From: the human T2T-CHM13v2.0 reference genome, Homo sapiens
Assembly (NCBI RefSeq): GCF_009914755.1
Contig: NC_060927.1
Length of the DNA stretch: 64,000 nt
Strand: one strand, 5' to 3'
Shown: positions 12,072 to 25,493 of the stretch, in pieces
How the letters are laid out: every line of letters begins with the position of its first letter
Position numbering within the stretch: position 1 is the stretch's first letter
Notes under the pieces: generated by a model
What the model was told of the DNA's origin: nothing
What the model saw: the letters and a program-made list of their open reading frames with translations, nothing else
Databases searched by the model: none
Translations under genes and position numbers: made by a program

Positions 12072-13991
12072 CAAGAATACCTTGTTTTACTGTTGTTTGT
12101 AGATACAGTGGTTTTTTGTTGGTTTGTTTTTGTTTTTTGTTTTTCACAAATTAAAGGTTTGTAACCCTGCATCTGGAGCAAGCTCATCAGTGCCATTTTT
12201 CTAATAGCATGTGTTCACTTCGTATCCCTTTTTGGAAATTTTGGCAACATTGCAACATTGCAAACATTTTCATTACTATGGTATCTTTTTTGACAATATG
12301 TGATCAGTGATCATTGATGTGACTATTGTAATTGTTTTTGTTGAAACACACGAACCATCAACTTATAAAATGGCAAACAATAAATGTATGTATTCTGACT
12401 GCTCCACCGATTGAGTGTTCTCCCATCTCTCTCCACATCCTCAGGCCTTCCTATTCTCGGGGACACAAGCTGAAAACAGGCCAATTAATAACTCTGTAAT
12501 GGCCTCTAAGTGTTCAAGTGAAAGTAAGAGTCACATGTCTCTCACGTCCAATCAAACTCAGAGATGATTAAGTATACTGAACAAGGCATGTCAAAAGCCA
12601 TGATAGGTCGAATGCTAGCACCGGTTAGCCAAGTTGTGAATGCCAAGAAAAATTCTTGAAGAAAATTAAGTGAAACAGCATTATTGCTGATATGGAGAAA
12701 GTTTTAGTGGTCTGAATAGATCAAATCAGCCACAATATTTCTTTAAATCCAAGCCTAATCCAGTACAAGGTCCTAACTCTTCAATCCTGCAAAGGGTGAG
12801 AGATAAGGAAGCTGTAAATAAAAAGTTTGAAGCTAGCAGAAGTTGGTTGATGATGTTTAATGAAAATAGCCATCTCCATAGTTTAATGAAAATAGCCATC
12901 TCCATAGTTTAATGAAAATAGCCATCTCCATAACATAAGAGTGCAAGGTGAAGCAACAAGTGCTGCTGTAGAAGCTGCAGCAAGTTTTCCCAAAGATGTA
13001 GCTAAAATAATAGATGAAGGTGGCTACATCAAAAAATAGATTTTCATTGTATATGAAACAGCTTTTGACTGGAAGAAGATACTAGATAGAAATTTCATAC
13101 CTAAAGAGGAGAAGTCAATTCTTAGCTTCTGATCTGGGCAAAGTAAATTGAAAGCCTTTTGGAAAAGGTTCACCATTCTATAATAGATGCCATTGAGAGC
13201 ATGATTTATGGGAGAAGGTCAAAATATCAACATTCGCAGTTGAAATAAAGAACTCTCATGGATAACTTTGAGGGGTTCAACACTTTGGTGGAGGAAGTGA
13301 TTACCAATTCTCTTGTGGTGGAAATAACAAGAGAACTACAATTAGAAGTGAAGACTGAAGATGGGACTGAATTGCTCCAATCTCACAATAAAATCTGATG
13401 AATGAGGAGTTGCTTCTTATGGATAAGCAAAGGAAGAGGTTTTTTGAGATGCAATTTACTCCTGGTGAAGATGCTGTGAACATTGTTGAAAAGACATAAA
13501 CATTTAGAATGTTACATAAAAGTTGGTTGATAAAGCAGCTGGGATTGAGAAGATTGACTTCACTTTTGAAAATTCTACCATGGGTAAAATGCTATCAAAC
13601 AATATTGCATGCTACAGATAACTCTTTTGAAAAAGGAAGAGTCAATTGATGTGGCAACATTTATTGTTGCATTATTTTAAGAAATTACTACAGCCACCCT
13701 AACTTTCAGCAAATAGCACCCTGACCAGTTAGCAGCCATCAACATCAAGGCAAGAACCTCCACCAGCAAAAAGGTTTTGACTGGCCAAATGCTCAGATGA
13801 TTGTTAGTATTATTTAGCAATAAAATATTTTTAAGTTATGTACATTGTTTTCTAGACATAATGCTATTACATACTTTAGAGTATAGTGTAAACATGACTT
13901 TTATATGCATTGAGAAACCAAAATTATTTGTGTGACTTGCTTTATTGCAGTGGTCTAGAACTGAACCAGTGATACCTCTAAGGTAGGCCTG
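12072..13991 (+). mobile_element. Tigger1 DNA transposon (TcMar-Tigger), internally deleted, non-coding
   Basis: 5' caagaataccttgttttac; internal transposase relic (gaagctagcagaagttggtt..., gatgaaggtggctac...); 3' TIR ...gcagtggtctagaactgaacc...aggtaggcctg followed by TA. Confidence 0.92.
12855..12932. repeat. Perfect 26-bp tandem triplication (gtttaatgaaaatagccatctccata)x3
   Basis: direct reading. Confidence 0.97.
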
Positions 13992-14199
13992 TATCACCCT
14001 TATCTTAATTGTTAGAAAACTCCATGTACATACAAATGATTCCAACATTTTCATGTCCTGTTACTTTTCTCCAATGATCTTGTCTCTTCTTCTACCTCGG
14101 CCTGTTTTAAATAAACATAATTTTATAGCTATAATTTAGATTTGTTGTGACTTGTAAATGCAGTCCTACCATAATATCAAATTCATGTATCCTATTGCC

Positions 14200-16090
14200 C
14201 TATTTTCTTCCTCTACTTCTGGCCCACTCCCTCTGGTACTCCCACTGAAATAAGCTTTTGATGCACCAAGGTCTTTGATCTCACTTATCTTTTGCCTCCT
14301 TGATGTCCTCATCCTCTTTGTCACCCAGCCTAAATTCCAGAAAGAATTTTTATAATTTCACTCCGAATATAAGCATATCTTGTTAGATAGTACTTACTTG
14401 ATCAAAGAAAAAAAGAAAAATCCTGGTTTATTCTGACTTTTCTCCTTTTCCAAGCTTGTGCCTAAACACATATAAAGCAAGCAAAAGAATACTTATTGGT
14501 CTCACTTCCATATTTGTAAACCTGAAAATCAAGTGGGCCCTCAATACTTAAGATGTCCATGTCACCCAGTCTCCTAGATGACTATTTCAAACTTCTTTCA
14601 CAAGAACCCAACACCTCCTATCCTACGCTTGTTCTCAACTGGTGACTTTACATAAATTGAGAAATGGAAGCTATCAGAGGATGACTTTTAAAAACTTCCC
14701 CCACCATATCTCCCCACCAGTGTCCAAGCCCACCCACATGTAGTCCGCTTTCCCCCGTGTTTCCCAGGATGATACAGCAGCCTCCTCCCTCCACGTGTGC
14801 GCTAGGTCTCATCCTCTCTTTTACACTCAAGGACAGTGCACCAGCAGTTCTCTCTTCTCTCCTACTTCATCAAGTTTTCACTTTCCACATGATCATGTCC
14901 ATAGTAGGTGTACATATTTATTGGGTACATGAGATGTTTGGATACAGGCATGAAATGTGAAATAATCACATCATGGAGAATGGGGTGTCTATTCCCTGAA
15001 GCATTTATCCTTTGAGTTACAATCCAATTACACTCTTTAAGTTATTTAAAAATGTACAATTACCTTATTATTGATTATAGTCACCCTGCTGTGCTATCAA
15101 ATTAGCAGGTACTACTCATTTTTTTCTATTTTTTTGTACCCATTAGCCATATCCACCTCTCTCCCTTCTTAAATATGTTTTTTCTTGACTGACTCCCCCT
15201 ACTTGTTGCTGTCCCTTTCTTTGCTCCACTTTGCAGCAAAACTCTTCAGAAGAGTTTTGTACTTGCAGCCCCTGATTTCTTTCCTCCCATACTCCCTCAA
15301 CCCACTCCACTCAAGCTTCTGCCTTCACTATTCCACAAATTGCATTTGTTAAAGTTAATAATAATCTCCCTGTCCTTGAGTCCAATGATTAATTTTTGTG
15401 TCTCCTCTTGTTTGACCTACTGACAACACCTGACACAGTTGATCACAACCTCCTTCTTGACACACTTTCCTCAATAGGCTTTTAGCATGCCACATATTAT
15501 TGGTTTTACTGATCATTCTTTCTCAGTCTGTTTTGCTGGCAACGCCTCTTCTTTCAGACATCTATTTTGTAGTGCCTCAGTCTTCTTCCTTAATCCCTTT
15601 ATCTATATATTCACTTCCTGGGTTATCTCGTCTAGTCTCGTGGCTTTAAATAAACTATACATGTTGACTGTTCCAATTTATATCTCTAGCTCAGGCTTCT
15701 GTTTTGCATTCTTTACTTGTATAATAACACTTCAAACTCAACAGGATGAAAACTGAACTCCTAATCTGCTTTACCCACCAAGTCCATGCCAACTGTATCT
15801 CTCCAGTTAGGCCAAATCTTGTGGCCATTGGTGACTCCCCTCTTTATCTCATACCTTATATTTTTACTTCTCTGCAGAGTTCATAGAAAAAAAAATCATA
15901 TACCATATATTTTACATACAGAATCCCTTGGCTCTTCCTTCAAAATACATAAAGACTCCAACCAGTTCTCAGCACTCTACGACTTCCATCCTAGTCCAGT
16001 CGTAATATTTTGTTGCCTGTGTTATTGCAGTCATCTCATAAACAAACTTCTCATTTCTGCCCCTGTTCCCTACAGTTAATTCTCAAGATG
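14200..16090 (+). mobile_element. L2 ORF2/3' region relic
   Basis: ccagtctcctagatgactatttc, tttgcagcaaaactcttcagaagagtt, tgacacagttgatcacaacctccttcttga, aaactgaactcctaatc are L2 consensus motifs. Confidence 0.8.
14900..15165 (-). mobile_element. L1MA 3' fragment inserted in L2
   Basis: tagtaggtgtacatatttattgggtacatgagatg...atcacatcatggagaatgggg...tatagtcaccctgctgtgctatcaaa. Confidence 0.85.
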
Positions 16091-16369
16091 ACAACAAAAT
16101 AGTTGAAACACACAACATAAAACAATCTTAAAGCTATTTCAAGATACACACCAATACATGCATCAAGTACATTAGTGTAAAGCAATACCTAAATAAGAGA
16201 TGGTTCTGATAATGTTGAATTAAACAGGTTTGTGATTAACTCAATTTCTAGATCATATGCCCCCCAAAATTTTAAATGTAAAATAAATATAGCTGATTTT
16301 TAAAAAACCATCCAATCTGGTAATATACATATTCCAGTAGACAAGTATATAATATGTATATTACTTTTA

Positions 16370-17700
16370 TATTTATTTCAATTTCTGATTTATTTGGGCT
16401 TATTTCTACCATCTTATTTTATATGTTGCATATTATTTTCCTGATTCATTTAAAAAAGTCACATTGTCTCCTTTTGAATTGATAAAGTTTTATTAATTCT
16501 TCCTCCTTATTTTCTTTTTCTTTCTTGGCTTGGAAGCTAAATGTTTTATTTGTATTCTTTTAGAGCCTCAACCTTACAAACTGATCATGCATATTTAATA
16601 AAGTCAAAAGTTGTTTTCCACAATCATATTTCTTAACAACATTTAAGTCTAAGTCTTACATATAGAATTTTTAGAGTTTATCATTAGCCTTTTAACCACA
16701 ACATTACCATATCATTGGTGGTTATATTTGTCATGATGCTGTGTTTTCATGAAGGGTTCATGGGTTCATATTTTCTTAATTCAGGTGTATCTGAAAATTT
16801 CTGTTGCCTTTATACTTGCTTGGCAGATTGGTTGAGTATAGCATTCTTTGTTTACATTTCATGTCCTGTTACACTGTAGACTGTTCTATAGTCTCTGAAT
16901 ATTTATGTGGATGTCTGAAGACAATATGCATTCTCCACCTCATAAATGTCTTGCTTTTACTGCTTACATGACTGAAGAAGTCTATCTTTACCCTTGAATC
17001 TCAAGAGGTGGACTACTATATGTTAGATTTTTTTCTTAAGAAACTTTTTTGTCCCATCGATTGTGTTCTCTACTTAGCATACAAGGTTATTCTGGATTTT
17101 AGGTTTTACTTTTATTCCCTGCTCTTTGTCTATAGTTTTTTTTTTTTTTCTAGTTACTTTAATCACTTGGTCTTGTTTCTCTGCATTCACTTTATGGCCG
17201 CAAGGCTGTGTTATCTGTTCTACTTATGTTATTTAATATTATCTAGGTTACTTACTTTACCTGTTATTTTCCAATTATTTTTTAGTTCTTTAATACTGTT
17301 ATTTCCCCTTCAGTTTTGCTCTTAGCTCTGTATTTTCACTTTAATCTGCTATTTTATTATTGTAAACTTAGTATACTGATACCTTGAATGTGTTTTCTGT
17401 AAGTTCTTTGCCAAGAAACAGTGCAATATTTTTCTTTATTTCATTAGGTAATATTTTTCTTCTAGAGTTGATTTTTTATTTCATTTTTGTAGTCCATTAT
17501 TCCTTCCTATCTCCTTGGTCATTCGTCTTCCTCTTTCCTTCCTCTCTTTCTTTTATCTGTTTCTTTCTTTCTTTTTTATTCCTTCCTTTTATAATGGTAT
17601 ATTTGCAGTATTGACATGCTGCTTTCTTTTTTCTATATCATGGTCTTCTAATTGTTATGATGCAGTGTGGGTAAATTTTTCAACCTAATTTAAAATTCAC
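16370..17700 (-). mobile_element. Ancient L1M/HAL1-like ORF1-region relic
   Basis: T-rich antisense L1 pattern, e.g. gccttatacttg...ttggttgagtatagcattctt, ttctttatttcattagg. Confidence 0.5.
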
Positions 17701-19169
17701 AGAGCTTCAGTTTAACACTGCTATTTCACATTGCATTACTTTTACGTAGCCTAAGACCACAAAGTTTCAAGAGGAGAATTCAACCTAGGTTCTGTGATAT
17801 TTTATATAAAGGATGTGTTTTCTGTGCTTCTTTTTCCATTTTTTTGTGAAATATATTGTATCAAGTCTCAATATACTAAGTTGGCTGTGCAGCTGCTTCT
17901 GTTCTGTGGTGGGCGCTCTTGCATTCAAAATAAAATGGACCCTGGAGCCCACCTTTGCTCCTGAGGCGGTTAGCCTAGGTAATTCTCTCATCACTTCTTC
18001 CCGTAGCCATTTCCACACTGTCTCCTCACACTGGAATGAAACACAAGTAGAAACTGTTGCTTTTGATCACAAAATTTCAAGAATGACTGATCTATTGACT
18101 ATGAGGTTAGAATTTGAGGGTTTAAGGCACTGCATAGTAGAGGGGACTGAGGTTGGCGTTACGATCCCAGCTAAATCAATGGCCTTTAGTGCACTCATTT
18201 CACCTTCTTCCCCTCTCTCAGAGGATTTGCATTTTTTTTTTTTTTAATGCTTAGTCTTCAATTGCTTTGCTTTTCCAAGTTAACTCTGGGAAAGATCGTT
18301 CAATCCTTCTTCTTCTTCTTCTTCTTTTTCTTTTGAACATTCTTCCTTCTGAGAAAAAGCCCTGAAGATTGTTGAATATTTTTCCTGAGTCTTCTGAGGC
18401 TTGGGGGACTAAAGTATATAGAGCTTTGTCCACAATTTTTACCTGGACTGTCTACGCATCTCTTCAAGTTTATGTTTCAAGTTGAAAGAAAATGTTTTAA
18501 AATCATGGGATTCAAGGCATGCAGGACATTATTAAAATCATGCAGAATAGTGTTTCCTAATCAGTAGCTTAGGTAGTTTTTCAGTTTTTGTGTTATTTTT
18601 GATAGTGCGTACTGCTAGTTACTTGGTGAGAAGAAAAGCAATTTGCAACTAAAATGATGTACCTAAATTATGCAACTAGCTACAGAGATACACCCAACTC
18701 TAGTTTTCTAAATGCTCTTCTTACTATGCTTTCTATTACAACATAGTTTTTTGTCTATTAAACTCCATAAAATAATACAGAAATTTAAAAAATATGTATT
18801 TTAGTCTGGGTTCATTCACAAGGTAAGTTAAGTAATAGATTTTTAAGCTAATATTTAAAGTAGATTATAAACAATCTAATATACTTTAGCTAGTTAATCA
18901 GGAGCAAGAATTTTTGTCTGCAGATTCATACTGTTAAAAATGGAGATATTCTACCCAATATTTTAATGAAGAAGCAAAAGTTTCATTAATTTTCAAAGGT
19001 CTGTCTTGTGTCCAACCATCAATATGCTATTATTACTTCCAATGTCTCATTCCTCATGAGAAAAATATGTTTTCTTTTTTTAATCCTCTGTCACTTTCCA
19101 AATCATCATTTTTGAGAATATACCAATCAAAGGAAATTGTGATTCTTTGAGTCTTTCAGTGTACTCTTT

Positions 19170-19208
19170 GTAACCATGGAAACCAAGCCAAACTGTTACC
19201 AAGGTTAC
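19170..19208. promoter_or_regulatory. Pair of RFX X-box motifs
   Basis: GTAACCATGGAAAC (19170-19183) and GTTACCAAGGTTAC (19195-19208) each fit the near-palindromic X-box GTTNCCATGGNAAC. Confidence 0.5.
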
Positions 19209-19684
19209 CTTTCTGAAGCTGTGATTTCATTCTCATTATCAGTTTTTCCTAGGATTAATACATTCATTGAAAGTTTAACATAAATAATGCTATATTTGTG
19301 TATAATATATTGATGACTATATGATTATTTTTAATTATCTTCCATTTAAAATTATATATAACTAGATTTGCAGTTCAAGGTGGAGAAACAAGCACACTCA
19401 TGATTTTGAGCAATTGATTATCTGAAAACAGAATTAATTTGACCTTAATGCTGAGAATATTTTCCCTTTAGTGGCTTATATTTAGTAGCTTAAGCTTACT
19501 TGTACTTTTTTCTTTCATGCAACTTTGTTCTGAAGTATTGTATGCCATTATATTATAAATACTGTTATTGGTCTTCACTTTTTGTAATCCACCTATGAAT
19601 AAAACCCAAAGGTCTTGGTTATACATAAATAATAGAAGATAAATTATATAAACCTTGAAAACATAACAGCAGTTGTGTATGTGT

Positions 19685-19707
19685 ACACACACACACACAC
19701 ACACACA
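19685..19707. repeat. (CA)n microsatellite
   Basis: direct reading. Confidence 0.95.
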
Positions 19708-20351
19708 TTTATATATATGGAGAAAGAAAGCGTGATTTCCTTAGGTAGCTAACCTATATTGAGAATAAATAGATACTGTTAAATTGATAAATCAGGAATT
19801 TGAAGCATTATGTTAGGTTAATCTTATAAGTGTTTCTATGTATTTATAATATTTAGAGAGTTGAATATTTTTAGAGTATTTTAAGATTATTTTCTGACAT
19901 CTATCCCAAGAAAAATGAGTAAATTGTTAAAAAATACAATGGAACCAGAGTTTGGAGAATGGAATATAAAACTCATATTTTAAAACTTTTATATGGTTTG
20001 ATATCATGTTTTGAGCATTAGGCACTTTAAACAAATTTAAAATCAAAATATTTCTTTTTTTTTTGCAATTATCATTTATTAGTTGTGTAATCACAGATAG
20101 GCAACTTTAACTTTTTGAAAGCATATACTTTTAGGTTAATTAAATGAAAGAATGGACATGGAAGTAGTTTAAAAACAATATAGCATTAATAAATACAAAG
20201 TGGGAAAAACACAACTAGAGTGACACTTTGTTAAAAAAATCAAAATATTTCTTGTTCTGCAATCTGTAGTGGCATTTCTCACAGAAAAAGGGAGTGTCTA
20301 GGAATTTTTAGTTCTCTCCTAATTGAAGATGAACATAAGCATATCTGCTAG

Positions 20352-20694
<343 letters not shown>

Positions 20695-20949
20695 TCTATA
20701 CTTCTTTTTAGATTGTCCCCTTGCTTCCTTTTTCCTGTTAGGGAGATGCAGAGGCATATATCAGTGGAACTGAGATTCTGAATGTGGAGCATGAGCACAA
20801 GGAAGGGCTAGTCATGCAATGCCTGAGTGTGCATGAGGAAGGGACCTCCTACAGTCAGGGTACCAAGAGAAACTCGATGACACCTTCAAAACGGAAGAAG
20901 ATCCAGAATGCTTATAAATCTGTGAGTGTGGGACAAAAGACAAATACCC

Positions 20950-21255
20950 CTTAGTCTATTAGTCAGTCCTAAAGAGAAATATATGAATTAAAACAAGAAT
21001 CCAGAAGAATAGAGTCACGGAGGTTGGCTGTCTTGAGAGGGATTGAGACAGGGAAATAGCTACTCTGACCTCACTGTCCTCCCACCTTCCCAATCTCCCG
21101 GCTCTTCACTGACTAAATGCCAACAAGAAGACAGAGGACATGAAAATTTTGTTTTGTAGGAGAAAGAAGTCAACTTCCCTGGGCAGAGAGCAGGGTGGGG
21201 ATGGGTGGAGACGGACAGAGAGTGGGTGTCTGGGGCTAAAATAAAGATCTGTCAT
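20950..21255 (-). mobile_element. ERVL-type LTR remnant (LTR33-like)
   Basis: ccctgggcagagagcagggtgggg...gagagtgggtgtctggggc terminal motif. Confidence 0.5.
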
Positions 21256-21885
21256 GGAATCCCTACATTGAGACCCTTTTCTGGTTTTGTTAGAACTGAG
21301 ATGTTACTTTTGTCTGTCATAAAAATCACTGGAATCAATGATTTTTGCCCTGTGTGCAATTGAGTGGCCTTCTCATAGATAATATGACGTTGTATACTGC
21401 ACAACCTACAAAGCCGTGCCTCATGTGTGAGCAAAAATTCAGAATTAGGAACATAGCATGACTCCATGAGTGATGTCTTTTGCTTAAAATGCCCCCTCTA
21501 ACCAGTAAAATGGAGCTACTGTGATTTTAAAATTTATTACATCACCAGGGTCACACTGATAGAATTCAGAAGTGGGAAACCAGTCCCATCAAAGTGTAGC
21601 AGGTCCTAAAAGCCATTATTGGGAAATTCCTTCAAATTCATTCCATTTTCTACAGCCCTTGTTTAGAATATGTATACCCATGGTTTGGGAAACACAACAA
21701 AATAATTCTTATTAGAGAATAATGACTTTAAATAATATTTTTTTCTTAAAAAATAAGCCTAGGGTGTATCTCTACATCCCTTGTTTCATGTGAGAAAGGG
21801 AATACTTGAAGAAGGAAAACAGAAGGAAGAAAATTCACATACGCTTCACATATTTTGCATCAGATGCTACAATAAGGGATTGCGT

Positions 21886-21886
21886 G

Positions 21887-21917
<31 letters not shown>

Positions 21918-21929
21918 ACACACACACAG
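21886..21929. repeat. (CA)n microsatellite, interrupted
   Basis: direct reading. Confidence 0.95.
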
Positions 21930-22869
21930 ATTTAATTACAGCGAATTGATATGGTGAGTAATTTTCTCTTAATTTCACAAATGCTGTGTATGTTTTCTAC
22001 AAAATTTGGTTCCAGCCATGTTTGTTGATTGTTTTTCAGTTGAAGGTGATTATGAGCCATAAAATAACCCAAATTAGAAAAGGAAAGAAAGGTGATAAAG
22101 TAACAAACCAGATCAATGAATTTTAAAATGTGTCTTGAGAAAACCTCAGGTCCCAAGAAGAGGTCTCTTGGACAGCTGTGTGTATGAGGGTCAGTACAAG
22201 ATTGGGGGCTTCGGTGAGGCTGAGCAGGTGGGATTCTGGTTTCCCATTTCCTCTTTTTTAATCAGGAAGTTTTGATTTTATCTCAAAATTTTCTTTAAAA
22301 CAATTGGCCTAGAAAGTCTAAAAATTTTGTGATCAATTACTTCATGTTCACTCAAAATTCCTCTAATATACCAGTGGAATAAGGCTTTCAAATATTACAC
22401 TTAAGTAGAAATAAAGTAATATTCAGGTTGCTATTCACAAAAAACTCAGTATTACCTATTTTGCTCCACAAACAAAGGTCCATTAAGTCATTGAAAGCCA
22501 GATAGTTTATTAAACAAATATGCGATCCCACATGAGCAGTTCCTTCAGAAAGTGAAAGTGAGAAAAGGAGTACCATGTGACCTCTCAGGCTAAAGATTAT
22601 TTTCATGTTCTTGTTTAAAATCTGGCATTTATCTGTTTTAGGGAGTTCTCTTATTGTCTTCTTACTCTTATCAAGATAATATTCAATTAGTAAGCAAGCA
22701 TAATTTGTCCATTTACTGTATAAATATTGCATTTTCATGTTGATACTGAATCTAGAAGCAATCTGTAATTTTGTCCAGGCAGGCGGAGGTATGAAACCTG
22801 CCTATCAAGTAACACAGAATGCCTTAAGTGGCTCTGCCACCAAGATATCTTGATAAAAGAGTGAGGGAA

Positions 22870-23122
22870 TTATAGTCCCTCTGTTGTGCTATCACACACC
22901 AGGTCTTATTCTTTCTATTTTTTTTGTACACATATAGAGTGTACAAAAGAGTATAATTGGATTGTTTGTAACACAAAGGAGGTAATGGATATTGCATCGC
23001 ATGCCTGTATCAAATATCTTATATAACTCATAAATATATAAGCCTACTATGTACCCACAAAAATTAAAAACAAAAATTTAAAAATAAAAGAGAAATAAGA
23101 CATCAAAAAATTTTTAAAAAAA
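22870..23122 (+). mobile_element. Short L1MA insertion with 5' inversion
   Basis: antisense L1MA 22870-22933 (tatagtccctctgttgtgctatca...) joined to a sense 3' end (ggattgtttgtaacacaaagga...actatgtacccacaaaaatt); TSD aaaagagtgag at 22855-22865 and 23119-23129. Confidence 0.8.
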
Positions 23123-24099
23123 GAGTGAGAGGAAAATAATTCAAGATAGATTTATCTTTCATTTATAACTGAAATAGGATTTCCAAAGCAGGAGACCATA
23201 GGGAATCTCACAGAAGCCCACCACACTCCTCCTCCTTATTGGCATGCTAGAGGAAAGCAAAGGGTCCGATGATCTTCCAGTTTAAATCAATGAAGAAAAA
23301 CAAACTATATCTGAGAGTTTTCCATTTTAAAAATTATTATATATAGGAAAAAAGGAATACATAAATTTTCATCTAATTCATTTGGACTGTTTCAATTTAT
23401 TTACATTTGGATATATTAGTGTACAAAAGAACTCAAGAAGAAAACCCATTGTTTAGTCAAGTAAAACAAACAAAACAATGGCAAGGAAGAAATGTGAAGA
23501 TTATAGTAGGATCTGGCTAGGATTTGGTTGCAAGTATTTGTAGATAAGGAAATTGAAGCAAGGGCTTACACATCATCTCTATTTAATTTTTCCCTTATAT
23601 TTTACCTTCTTTATAACCAAGAAGAATCTGAGAAATGTTACATTAGCTTTGGAAGTGGTTCCACAGAAGACTAATTAAAATAGAAGAAGTAGATAGTGCT
23701 ACGGAGTTTTAAGGGAGGTCCAGGGCTTATCTGCTATATCTCATTAACCTCAGACACATTTTATAAGTAATTTGGACAGATAAACATAGAGGAAGGGTGG
23801 TTCCATAAACTATTTCTAGTAATTCATTGTAATGTTTTCTTGACCTCCCGTTCCCGGCACGAAGATCATAAATCTGTGTGGAATTCTTTGCTCAGGATTT
23901 ACATATTATATGGCAGAAAATGTGAAGGAATATTTTCCTATTTTGCAGCTCTGCAATGTCAAACCCTTTGTTTCTTTCATTTGAGTAGAAGCTTCCTAAA
24001 ACGTGTCAATATTTGCCTTGTCAACTTTCTCTCCCCACCCACCACCCACCATTCTCTACTGACACAAGTGCAATCTGCTTCCGCTCGCTGTTTCAAAGG

Positions 24100-24920
24100 C
24101 CTATCGCATCTCTGAAACTGCTGTTTCCAAGGTAACATATGGCCCTCTGGTTGCCAAACCTAAATATGCTTTGAAATCCTTACTCACTTGACCTCTCTTG
24201 GCATTGACGGTTAACAACTCCCTTGTTTCAAAACACTTTCCCTCTTTGGCTTATTTGATAGTGTTTCCCCCTAGTTTTGCTTTTATGACACTGAGGGCTT
24301 TCTTGTTTTTACCTAACTTTTAATTTTGGTGTTATCTGTGCTTCATCCTTGATCCTCTTTTTTAATTTTCTCATTCTATACCCTCTCCCTGAACAATTGT
24401 ATCTACATGCTGGCTCTAATCTCTGTCAACTCAAAAATCTATAATATTACCTCATACGTCTCTTCTGGTCTTCAGATTTCTATAAAAATTTTTATAAAAT
24501 GTAAAAATAATTATCCATATTGATTATTCAAAAAACTCGGATGGTCTATAAATCGTACACACACATACACACACACACACACACACACCATCACCACCAC
24601 CAATTCCATTGTTAATCGGATTTTTAACAATAATACATCTCTGTTATAGCCTTTCTATGGACCTGTCATGGTCCTGGACAAAGTACTTAGAATCAAATGA
24701 AATACACACATGACCTTTTAGGAGCTCTAAGTCCAGAGACCCTCAGCTCTCTCTTAGATCTATTTCTCAGAGGCTACCAGGCCAATTTGTCCTTCCCCAG
24801 CAAAGCTTTTGTTATGCTATGCTATATCCAACTATTTCCTTATGTTAGTTTCTGTCAAAAGGACAGAAATTTCCCCTATCTTGTTTCTTTCATTCTAACT
24901 CAATAAAGGTTTTTGAATGA
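24100..24920 (+). mobile_element. L2 fragments (with a (CA)n at ~24556-24590)
   Basis: ctgaaactgctgtttccaaggtaac...cttgacctctc...; ends ctcaataaaggtttttgaatgaa. Confidence 0.6.
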
Positions 24921-24945
24921 ATTTTCCCAAGTGCCACATACTCAC

Positions 24946-25219
24946 TGTCTTAGTGTGTTTGGGCTGCCAAAACAAATACCATAAACTCGGAAGCTGATAA
25001 ACAACAAAAATTTATTTCTCACAGTTCTGGAGGCTGAGATATCCAAGATCAGGGCACTGGAAGATTTGATGTCTGGACACTAATCCCATCCATGAGACCT
25101 TCATCCTCATGACCTAATCATCTCCCAGAGATCCTTCCTCCAAATACCATCATCTTGGGGGTTAGGATGTTAATATATGAATTTGGAAGACAGAGGACTC
25201 AAACATTCGGATCATAGCA
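24946..25219 (-). mobile_element. MLT1A-type MaLR solo LTR, internally deleted
   Basis: tgtcttagtgtgtttgggctgc...aatttatttctcacagttctggaggctg...aaacattcggatcatagca; TG...CA ends. Confidence 0.85.
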
Positions 25220-25491
25220 CCCATGTGACTATTATATACACTTGATGTAAAAGGAAAATTCTTGCTATCCCTCAATGAAATGAGTTTTATATTTATACTT
25301 TGGCAATTGTTCTCTGAGCAGGCCAAGAACATTCTATTTAGCCATTCATAGTACGTGCTTGATATTTATGAACCAAATCGAGGGACTCATGTAATGCAGG
25401 TGACTTGATAAACATGTGGCCTATATGACCACAGACTTTTAAATGTAGCTTCAGATGTTAAAGAATTACTAACTTCGGAAATCATCTGGAA

Positions 25492-25493
<2 letters not shown>

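Noticed and set aside
17813-18247. 144-aa ATG-initiated ORF in non-Alu sequence
   Set aside because: No recognisable domain or codon pattern, a low-complexity Phe/Cys start, and it adjoins an old L1 relic; likely a chance frame.
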